From contig CAMCWL010000001.1 in assembly GCA_945882655.1 (NCBI GenBank), positions 1 to 62,730 on the forward strand: a stretch of DNA of 62,730 nt, read 5' to 3'. Shown piece by piece: positions 1-7,096 of this stretch. A program made the position numbers and the translations under genes. Position 1 is the stretch's first letter, and the number at the start of each line of letters is the position of its first letter. A model generated the notes under the pieces. It saw nothing but the letters and a program-made list of their open reading frames with translations, was not told where the DNA came from and ran no database searches. This stretch comes from Opitutus sp. GAS368 (GTDB taxonomy: Bacteria > Verrucomicrobiota > Verrucomicrobiia > Opitutales > UBA953).

Positions 1-41
1 TGGTCACTCTTTTAAGTGACTGCCCTTCAAGGGCTTAAAAT

Positions 42-119
42 TGGGTGCAGGGGTAGGATTTGAACCTACGACCTTCAGGTTATGAGCCTGACGAGCTAAC
101 CGGGCTGCTCCACCCTGCA
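42..119 (-). tRNA. tRNA with anticodon CAT (elongator tRNA-Met, or tRNA-Ile2 if C34 is lysidinylated); 3' CCA encoded
   Basis: The reverse complement folds as a complete cloverleaf. Acceptor stem is TGCAGGG/CCCTGCA, with U8. D arm is GAGC-AGCCCGGTTA-GCTC, anticodon arm TCAGG-CTCATAA-CCTGA, variable loop AGGTC, T arm GTAGG-TTCAAAT-CCTAC, then C-CCA. The anticodon stem lacks the three consecutive G-C pairs of an initiator tRNA. Confidence 0.85.
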
Positions 120-256
120 ATAAGTGGGAGGCGAAGGAGAAAGCGGCCAGGGCCCAGCCGCAAGCCATTTCTTACGCGAGTTCTCCCTCGGCGTTCTGGG
201 CAAAAAGGGTTGAAGCAGGCGGGGCAGAGGAGAAGATTGCCCACCCCCTTCTCGCG

Positions 257-2236
257 ATGACTGAAGAAACTCCCACGCCCCCTCCCGGCGATGTCCCTCC
301 GGCTGACCAGATCAAGGTCGATGCGGATTCGATCGTATCGAAGCGCCGGAAGCTCAGTCTCTGGCAGCGCATCGGGGCCAGCGGTCTTTCCGTCTCGCTA
401 GCGATCCACGTCCTGCTGGTCTTCGTGGCCGCAGCGTTTGTCGTCTCCACGGTCACCGACAACGCCAAGAAGGCCCCCAACACCTTTGCCACGGGCGCCG
501 GCGGCGGTTCGGGCGGCGAGCGCGTGAAGAGCACCGAGCGCAAGGTCAAACCCAAGAACGTCAAGTCCCTCGCCAAGACGACCACGCGTATCACTTCTAA
601 GAGCGCCTCAGCTTCAATCGCACTCCCCGACATGCCGAACTCGGCTTCGGCTTCCTCGATGATCTCCGGCGCGATGGCGGGCGGCTCGTCCAAAGGTTTC
701 GGCGGCGGCTCCGGCGGCGGCATCGGTACCGGCCGCGGCATGGGCTCTGGCGGCGGTAAGAACTTCGTCGCTCGGCCGGTCATGGGCGCGAACATCTTCT
801 CGCAGCGCCTGGCGGTCTACTTCGACGCCTCGGCCTCGATGCTTCCTTATCTCGACCGCGTTGAAGCGGAAATCCGCGACAAGTTCCCGGATGCCGACGT
901 ATTCCTCAGCAATGGCGTCTTTATCGACGTCCATGACAACGAGATCGTCGGTGGCGATAAATTCAAGGGTGCTCCGTTCCTGAATCGCCCGACTGGCAAC
1001 GGTTCCAAGAAGAACGCCAAGGGTGAACTCGTCCCGACCGAGACCAATGTAAACAAGCTCACCCCTGCCGGGCGAAATATCTACAAGAAGTACGCCCCCA
1101 ACTTCAAGACGGGCTCCGTCGGCGGTTGGATTGACATCCTCAAGGATGAACGGGCATACGACGCGCTCATCATCTTCTCTGACTTCCAGGACGGCGTCCG
1201 CCAGATCCGCACCAAGGCCATCGGCAACGTCTCGGCCTACAAGCCCGACAAGGGTATGCGTGCCGACCCGCCCGTCGTCTTCTCCGATCGCACCAATCAG
1301 GGTGGAGGCTTTGCCCGTTCGGTCACCCTCATCGCCAGCGGTGGTGCCTCTGGCCAGCCGGTCGTGCAGTGTAAGGAAACCACGGGCCTGATCGTCGGCA
1401 TGGTTGCCCTCGGCTCGGGCATCCCTCCAGGCACGACGGTCATCGAGATCAAGGATAACGTTAGCTTCACCCTCAGCAAGCCCCTCACCGCCGCCCCCTC
1501 CGGCCGCGTCGTCTGTAACAATGGTGGCGATAAGCGCTTCCCCGAAGAGAAGAAGTGGGAAGACGAGTGGGAGAAGGCCTTCGCCGGTGCCCGCGAGAAT
1601 AAGGGACCTCGTCTCTATCTCATCAGCACCTCGCGCGCCTACGGCAACAAGCCAGGCACCATCCTTCAGCGCTGCGTCTCCGCTTCTGACGGAAGCGCCA
1701 TCATGGTCAAGTTCGGCAACGCCAAGAAAGGTACCAATACGGTGAATGACCTGCATAACTATGACGATCTTTACGTCGGTATGCCGGTGAGTGGCCGCGG
1801 GATTCCCGAGGGCGTTACGCTTGTGGCGATGCCGACCTTCAAGGAAATCATCGACCCCGAGGATCCGGAGAAGAAGCGCAAGAAGCGCGTCGTCGACAAG
1901 CAGCTCACCATTTCCGCCCCGGTGCTCGAAGATTCCACCAACGCGGTCTTCGCCTTCACTCCGCTTATCCAGGCCGTCGGCACGCTCGCCAAGGCCGCGA
2001 AGACCATCGAAGACGTCTCGGGTTCAATCGACCTCAAGCCGGGCATGATCGTCGTGGATGGTCGTTTCCCGGTCGGCACCAAGGTGATTTCCGTGACCCC
2101 TAACAAGGCCGCCGTTGGTTTCTTTACGGTTGAAATGTCGGCGCCCTCTAACGCCGCCGCGGCTAACGCGGTCCTGCGTTTCCGTCCGGCCGCTTCGACC
2201 ACGGGCAATGCCCGCAGCGCCGCGCCTACTCGCTAA
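257..2236 (+). CDS. Membrane-anchored envelope protein, paralog 1 of 3: TonB/TolA-like SxxxH TM anchor, basic and Gly-rich linker, divergent vWA/MIDAS-like module, three beta-rich repeats
   Basis: ATG at 257, 659 aa, strong GC3 bias in this frame. One TM helix (about aa 38-65) contains S47-x3-H51 (LSVSLAIHVLLV). A Gly-rich tract spans aa 140-167. DASAS (aa 190-194) and YDALIIFSDFQDG are shared with the next two ORFs. Repeats of GM-V-G-GIP-GT type lie at aa 372-420, 501-567 and 589-642. A hairpin terminator follows. Coding status is solid; the function is inferred. Confidence 0.7.
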   Translation: MTEETPTPPPGDVPPADQIKVDADSIVSKRRKLSLWQRIGASGLSVSLAIHVLLVFVAAAFVVSTVTDNAKKAPNTFATGAGGGSGGERVKSTERKVKPKNVKSLAKTTTRITSKSASASIALPDMPNSASASSMISGAMAGGSSKGFGGGSGGGIGTGRGMGSGGGKNFVARPVMGANIFSQRLAVYFDASASMLPYLDRVEAEIRDKFPDADVFLSNGVFIDVHDNEIVGGDKFKGAPFLNRPTGNGSKKNAKGELVPTETNVNKLTPAGRNIYKKYAPNFKTGSVGGWIDILKDERAYDALIIFSDFQDGVRQIRTKAIGNVSAYKPDKGMRADPPVVFSDRTNQGGGFARSVTLIASGGASGQPVVQCKETTGLIVGMVALGSGIPPGTTVIEIKDNVSFTLSKPLTAAPSGRVVCNNGGDKRFPEEKKWEDEWEKAFAGARENKGPRLYLISTSRAYGNKPGTILQRCVSASDGSAIMVKFGNAKKGTNTVNDLHNYDDLYVGMPVSGRGIPEGVTLVAMPTFKEIIDPEDPEKKRKKRVVDKQLTISAPVLEDSTNAVFAFTPLIQAVGTLAKAAKTIEDVSGSIDLKPGMIVVDGRFPVGTKVISVTPNKAAVGFFTVEMSAPSNAAAANAVLRFRPAASTTGNARSAAPTR

Positions 2237-2258
2237 GCGCAGTTTCATCGGATCAAAA

Positions 2259-2287
2259 GGCGAAGCCCTCTGGCTTCGCCTTTTTTG
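2259..2287 (+). terminator. Rho-independent terminator after paralog 1
   Basis: GGCGAAGCC-CTCT-GGCTTCGCC hairpin (2259-2280) followed by TTTTTTG. Confidence 0.85.
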
Positions 2288-2373
2288 TGCTTAGGGCAAA
2301 GTCCCCATGCGAAAAAAACATAATAAAGTTCCAATGTCCCGCTCCCGCTCGCATCATTCATTCATCCCCGCCC

Positions 2374-3132
2374 ATGAACACCCCAAAAATCTTCACGATT
2401 TTCGTCCTGACCCTATTGGCTGCTTTCGCCCATGCAGCTAAGTCTGGCGGCGGGACGGTAGGCGGCGAGGGTGCGGCTCCGCGCATCGCGGTCTACTTGG
2501 ATTGCTCCAGCTCCATGGTCCCCTACCTCGACGCCGTCGAGGCCGAGGTCCGGAAGCAGTTTCCCGACGCCGACGTGTTCAAGGTGCCCGCCATCAAGGT
2601 CTGGGTCGATGGCGCCGTCATCCGCGGCGGCGCGACCTCTGTGCTGCCGCATAAGCCCGCGGCTTCGGGGCCAACGGTGTGCCTAGACACCAGTCGCCTC
2701 AGCCCGACCGGTAAGGCGATCCTGGCCCGCTATGCGGGCAATTTCGAGAAGGGTTCCGTGGGTGCCTGGATTGACATCCTTCGGACCGAGAAGCGTTACG
2801 ACGCGCTGGTGATCTTCTCCGACTTCAACGATCAGGTCCTACAGGTACGACTGAGCAAACCTCCCGTGCAGACTTACGTCGACGAAGCTGGTCAGCGCCA
2901 CTTACCAGAAACGCAACTCTCGGACGACCGTACCGTCACCGAGAAGGCGTGGGAAGACACCTGGGTCGGTTCATTCGATCTGGCCAATGCGGGCAAGGCG
3001 CCCGTGCTCTATCTTTTCTCCACGCATAATCCGGCCAGCCGTATCTTGCAGAAGTCGGCCGATGTCTCGGGCGGAAAGTTCAAGCTCATCGATTGGCTTC
3101 GTCCGGATGGCCCGCCCAAGCCTGCGAACTGA
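2374..3132 (+). CDS. Secreted vWA/MIDAS-like module protein, paralog 2 of 3
   Basis: The likely start is ATG 2374, giving the signal peptide MNTPKIFTIFVLTLLAAFAHA. The ORF-track start at 2287 adds an AT-rich extension that does not look coding. Shares RIAVYLDCSSSM..YLDAVEAEVRKQFPDADVF, GSVGAWIDIL, YDALVIFSDFND and APVLYLFS with the flanking ORFs. Confidence 0.7.
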   Translation: MNTPKIFTIFVLTLLAAFAHAAKSGGGTVGGEGAAPRIAVYLDCSSSMVPYLDAVEAEVRKQFPDADVFKVPAIKVWVDGAVIRGGATSVLPHKPAASGPTVCLDTSRLSPTGKAILARYAGNFEKGSVGAWIDILRTEKRYDALVIFSDFNDQVLQVRLSKPPVQTYVDEAGQRHLPETQLSDDRTVTEKAWEDTWVGSFDLANAGKAPVLYLFSTHNPASRILQKSADVSGGKFKLIDWLRPDGPPKPAN

Positions 3133-3203
3133 GGCCTATCCCTAAGGGGAATCAGCGGCCGGGATGCAGGGTGAACCTGTGAGCCCGTTCGCTTGAGTTC
3201 GAC

Positions 3204-3229
3204 CATGGCCCGCTAACCTGCGGGCCATG
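3204..3229 (+). promoter_or_regulatory. Perfect 10-bp inverted repeat enclosing the ATG of paralog 3
   Basis: CATGGCCCGC (3204-3213), loop TAACCT, GCGGGCCATG (3220-3229). The right arm contains ATG 3227-3229, and the tail TCTTTTCT follows. Confidence 0.5.
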
Positions 3230-4306
3230 TCTTTTCTGGAGCCTGTCGTGGCGCCTCGGCGCACCGTCCGTTCGTCCCGAGCGCTGCTGCTCTCGGTGGC
3301 TGTGCATGCCTTGATGGTCATCGCTGCCTGCTGGGTCGTCTTCCGTTCTCCGCCTTCGCCTCCACGGCAGGAGTTCACTGCGCATACGGTGGCGGGGGGC
3401 AAGTCGGGCGGCCCGTCGAAGACGCACCCCATTAACCGTAAGCCCAAGGTGCCGACGCCCCAGAAACGTCTGACGTCGAAGTCTGCCAGCGCGACCTTGG
3501 CGTTGCCGCCGATGAAGGCGATGACGCCGGATATGGGCTTGGCTGGATTGTCCGGCGGGCAAGGGAAGGGCGGCTTCGGGCGCGGGCTCGGCTCCTTCGG
3601 CGGCAATGGTCTCGGCGCGGGCTTGGGCAATCGCACCGGCTTCGTCGGCCGTCCGGTGATGGGCGCCTTCATCCGCGCGAAGCGTGTCGCAGTCTATCTC
3701 GATTGTTCGGGTTCGATGCGTTCCTATCTACCGCGCGTCGAGGCCGAGATCCGGAAGCAGTTTCCCGATGCGGATGTCTTCCGTTTCGATGGCGCCCGGG
3801 TGGTGGGCTTGGGGGACATGGTGGTCTTCGGTCGACGGTTCCGCGGCGAAGCCCCGCGTCTACGCGAAGGTCCAACGCAGACCGCGCTCGAGACGCTGAC
3901 GCCCAACGGGCGTTCCGTGCAGGCCAAGGTCCGGACGGCCTGCGAGAAGGGCTCGTTGGGCGCGTGGATGGATCGGCTACTCGCGGAATCTTACGATGCC
4001 CTAGTCGTATTCTCTGATTTTCAGGACGGCGTCCGTTTGTATGAGTCGAAAAAGGGTGAGCCGAAGATGGTCTATTCGGATAGCTCTTACCACAAGGTCG
4101 GCGGCGTCCAGAAAGGGCACACCCGTTGGCAGCGCGAGTGGCTGGAGGCCTTTGCCAAGGCCCCGCAAGGCGCTGGGCCGAGGCTTTATCTATTCACCGT
4201 CCAGCAGGAGCCGCAGGCCTTCCTCCAGGCATGCGTGGCGGCCTCCGGCGGTGCCTCGACTTCGGTATCTTGGCTGAAGAAAGGCGGCCGGAAGGCGCCG
4301 CCTTGA
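3227..4306 (+). CDS. Membrane-anchored envelope protein, paralog 3 of 3: TonB/TolA-like SxxxH TM anchor, Gly-rich linker, vWA/MIDAS-like module
   Basis: 359 aa. The TM helix LLLSVAVHALMVIAACWVV has S23-x3-H27. It shares the motif TSKSASATLALPPM with paralog 1. A Gly-rich tract spans aa 108-135. Also carries RVAVYLDCSGSM (classic DxSGSM), FPDADVF, GSLGAWMD, YDALVVFSDFQDG and GPRLYLF. GTG 3248 is an alternative start. Confidence 0.7.
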   Translation: MSFLEPVVAPRRTVRSSRALLLSVAVHALMVIAACWVVFRSPPSPPRQEFTAHTVAGGKSGGPSKTHPINRKPKVPTPQKRLTSKSASATLALPPMKAMTPDMGLAGLSGGQGKGGFGRGLGSFGGNGLGAGLGNRTGFVGRPVMGAFIRAKRVAVYLDCSGSMRSYLPRVEAEIRKQFPDADVFRFDGARVVGLGDMVVFGRRFRGEAPRLREGPTQTALETLTPNGRSVQAKVRTACEKGSLGAWMDRLLAESYDALVVFSDFQDGVRLYESKKGEPKMVYSDSSYHKVGGVQKGHTRWQREWLEAFAKAPQGAGPRLYLFTVQQEPQAFLQACVAASGGASTSVSWLKKGGRKAPP

Positions 4307-4331
4307 CGGTTGCACCCTTCGGCGGGACGGC

Positions 4332-4763
4332 TTGGATAGGCGCATGGTCCCCTTCACGGCAGAATACCGCGCTCATTTCTCCGACACCGACGCCGCGGGC
4401 ATCGTGCATTTCTCCACGATCTTCTTCTGGGTTGAGGCGACCGAGGAGGCGATTTTCCGTCAGCTCAAACTGCCGTTCCTACGCACCGAAGGCACTAAGC
4501 TGACCGGATTTCCCCGTGTCCGAGTCGAGTGCGATTTCCTTTTCCCGATTTACCGTGATGACATCGTCACCGTCTCCCTTACGCCGATCGAGATCGGCGA
4601 CAAGAAGCTTGTCTGGGGCTTCGCCGCCGCGGTCGGCGAACGTGCCGTCGCGAAAGGCGCCCTGACGACCGTGTATGCCTGGCGCGAAGCGCAGGGGCCG
4701 ATGTCGGCTGCGCTCGTGCCGCTCGACATCAAGACGGCGTTGCAAAAGCACTTCGGCGTGTGA
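4332..4763 (+). CDS. Acyl-CoA thioesterase, 4HBT hot-dog fold (YbgC-like)
   Basis: The N-terminal motif HFSDTDAAGIVHFSTIFFWVEATEEAIFRQL is typical of YbgC/4HBT thioesterases, and the size (about 140 aa) fits. The start may be ATG 4344. Confidence 0.7.
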   Translation: MDRRMVPFTAEYRAHFSDTDAAGIVHFSTIFFWVEATEEAIFRQLKLPFLRTEGTKLTGFPRVRVECDFLFPIYRDDIVTVSLTPIEIGDKKLVWGFAAAVGERAVAKGALTTVYAWREAQGPMSAALVPLDIKTALQKHFGV

Positions 4764-6157
4764 TGGCTGACGCGGCGAACCAGTCGGGCACGGTCTCCCG
4801 TATCGGCTTGGTCGTCGTCGTCCTCGCCGCCTTGCTCTGGTCCGCGCTGAGTTTCGTGCCTCCAGGGCCTTTACATGCGGACGAGGCGGTCCAGTGGTCT
4901 CTCGCCAAGGAGCTCTCCGAGGGCACGCCCTATAGTGCTCATCAGGACAAGTTCCACGGGCCGACGCTGGCCACCGTCCTGCTCATCTCGGCCAAGCTGA
5001 CGAGTACCGCACCGATGGAAATGAACGAACACTATCTCCGCAGCGTCGTCTCGATCTTCCTCGGCCTCATGGCGGCCGCGGCCCTCATCCTTCCGGGTGT
5101 CGGTCGGTCGGCCCGTTACGCTACCGCAGGATTCGTCGTACTGACGGGAGGCTGCACTCCGTTCGGCTATTACTTCGTCCAAGAGATGCTCTTGGTGACG
5201 AGCTTCGTCTGGGGCGTCGCCCTGTGGATGCGCGCCGAAGGGTCGCCGCCGGATTCCCGTTGGTGGATGCTCTCTGGCGCAGCTTTCGGTTTCGCCCTCG
5301 CCTGCAAGGTCACCGCGGCGGCTTACCTATTCTTGTTCATCGTAGGCTTAATACTCCTCCGCCGTTTCGTTGCCGACCGGCGCTGGCTCCGTTTTGGCTT
5401 CGGCTTGGTCGCATCGTGGGTCTGCTTCCAGTCCGTCGGCTTCACGGATTTCCGTGGCCTGGAGACATGGTGGGTGCAACTGGCGCGTTCTCTTGGCGTC
5501 GCCAGTGGCCAATCTGAAGACACCTTGCTCGCCGTCAGCCTGGCGCCATGGGGCTGGGCCGCCGCTTGGTTGGCGGTCTTCGCGTTCGCTCGTTCTGGTC
5601 TATCGCTAGTCGGTTGGCGGAGCCGTCATGAAGCCGACCTGCCGTGTCTGGTCTCCTTCCTTGTCTTCCTGTTTCACCTCGCGCTGCCCTACAAGACTCC
5701 TTGGCTCCTGCTGCTGGTCTTTTCTCTGCCCCTGACGCTCGCGTTGCCCTATCTCCTCGTCGGACGCACCGTGCGGGCGCTGGTGCTTACCCCCGCCTTG
5801 GTGACGGTCGCGCTGATGGCCCAGGCGTCGCTGTCTTCCCATTCACCGACAATCTCGGAAATCCTTCACTTCCAGAAAAAGGTCGCGAACCTCGCCAAGG
5901 CTTACGGGGCTAAATTCTATATCGCTGTGGAAGGGGGGCATTATTGGCCTCTCCCCTATTATCTTAGGGCGCATCGGGTCGGCTACGAAGACTTCCCGCA
6001 GGCCGCGAAAGCGCCCCTTCGCCTCATCCCCGCTCACGATGCCAGCGAGCCGATGGTTCCGGGTTATGTGGTCTCCAGCCTTACCCTCCGCACCGGCGGC
6101 GATCGCTATTGGGTGCTGGTTGCCAAAGACTACGAAAGCGTTTTTATCAATAAATAA
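4760..6157 (+). CDS. Polytopic membrane protein, glycosyltransferase-39/ArnT-like (TIGR03663-like)
   Basis: About 11-13 hydrophobic helices. The first periplasmic loop has the motif HADEAVQWSLAKEL..YSAHQDKFHGPTL, which resembles the DE...HGP loop of PMT_2/TIGR03663 proteins. The start is GTG 4760 or ATG 4763, overlapping the thioesterase stop. Confidence 0.5.
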   Translation: MMADAANQSGTVSRIGLVVVVLAALLWSALSFVPPGPLHADEAVQWSLAKELSEGTPYSAHQDKFHGPTLATVLLISAKLTSTAPMEMNEHYLRSVVSIFLGLMAAAALILPGVGRSARYATAGFVVLTGGCTPFGYYFVQEMLLVTSFVWGVALWMRAEGSPPDSRWWMLSGAAFGFALACKVTAAAYLFLFIVGLILLRRFVADRRWLRFGFGLVASWVCFQSVGFTDFRGLETWWVQLARSLGVASGQSEDTLLAVSLAPWGWAAAWLAVFAFARSGLSLVGWRSRHEADLPCLVSFLVFLFHLALPYKTPWLLLLVFSLPLTLALPYLLVGRTVRALVLTPALVTVALMAQASLSSHSPTISEILHFQKKVANLAKAYGAKFYIAVEGGHYWPLPYYLRAHRVGYEDFPQAAKAPLRLIPAHDASEPMVPGYVVSSLTLRTGGDRYWVLVAKDYESVFINK

Positions 6158-6160
6158 GCC

Positions 6161-7096
6161 ATGGAAGACACCCCTATCATCCACAACTTCTCACACGAGG
6201 CCTTCGGCTCTCGTTTCTGGGTCCGTATCGCCGCGGAAGATGGCGTCTACGCCCGCAACGCTGCTGAAGCGCTTTTCCAGCTGCTCGACGACCTTGATTT
6301 CCAGACGGACCGTCGCCACGACAGCGGACCGGTCGCTTCGATCAACCAGATGCCTGAAGGGGCGATGGTTGCCTCCTCCGAGCACGTGCAGGCGCTCTGG
6401 AATTTCTCGAAGGACGTGAGCGCCGACACCAATAAGGCCTATGATGCCACCGCCGGCGCTTTGTTCGGCTATTGGAAGAATCGTGGCGACATGCCTTTAA
6501 ATCCTGATGACCTCGCCTGGACGCAGGTGATGTCGGCCTACCGCGAAGGCGAATTCCGCCTCGATGGTTGCGAACTGCACTGCGTGAAGTTCGGTTGCGC
6601 CGTCGACTTCGGCGCCATCGTCCGCGGTTACGCGCTCGACCGCATGGCTGACATGCTCGAAAGCAGCTGGGGTATCCACCGGGCCCTGCTGATGGCTTCG
6701 GGTAGCGTCACCCTCGCCCTCGATCCGCCCGGCGAATCCGCTGGCTGGCGCATCGGCGTCGGGGCCAGCTCCGAGATCAAGCTCTGCCGCTTCGCCATGG
6801 CCAGCAAGACGGCGGACACCACGCACGGTAATCTTGTCGACCCTCGCACAGGCCAGGTGATTTCCCTTGCGGGTCCGGTGCGTGCCATCGCGACTTCTGC
6901 CCTCGAGGCAGAGGGTCTGGCTATGGCCGGCGCTGTCCTCAGCGCCTCTGAGGCCGAAGAATTCGTCAACCGCGGCTGCAGTCGCGGACTCTGGCTGCCG
7001 GACGGCACCAAGCTAGGCTCCGTGACTTATTTTGAAGTGACCGATCGCCCGGCGCCCGAAGAGAAACCGACTTCGTCGCCCGAAGTGGCTACTTGA
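6161..7096 (+). CDS. ApbE-family protein (FAD:protein FMN transferase-like), no signal peptide seen
   Basis: Motifs line up with ApbE: AYDATAGALFGYW (FDPT..L..W), VDFGAIVRGYALDRMADML (DLGGIAKGYAVD), GWRIGV, GNLVDPRTGQ (HIIDPRTG) and AIATSALEAEGLA. Confidence 0.6.
   Translation: MEDTPIIHNFSHEAFGSRFWVRIAAEDGVYARNAAEALFQLLDDLDFQTDRRHDSGPVASINQMPEGAMVASSEHVQALWNFSKDVSADTNKAYDATAGALFGYWKNRGDMPLNPDDLAWTQVMSAYREGEFRLDGCELHCVKFGCAVDFGAIVRGYALDRMADMLESSWGIHRALLMASGSVTLALDPPGESAGWRIGVGASSEIKLCRFAMASKTADTTHGNLVDPRTGQVISLAGPVRAIATSALEAEGLAMAGAVLSASEAEEFVNRGCSRGLWLPDGTKLGSVTYFEVTDRPAPEEKPTSSPEVAT

Noticed and set aside
1-41. Small hairpins (GTCACT...AGTGAC, GCCCTT..AAGGGC) downstream of the tRNA on the minus strand as a terminator
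   Set aside because: The stems are short (5-6 bp), AT-containing and lack a convincing U-tail. The window edge also truncates the context.
1-4306. tRNA-adjacent genomic island carrying the three vWA-like paralogs
   Set aside because: There is no integrase, no transposase and no visible direct repeat of the tRNA 3' end. The codon and GC3 style of the paralogs matches the neighbouring housekeeping genes. A duplicated att-like tRNA fragment could not be searched for exhaustively by eye, so this is only provisionally rejected.
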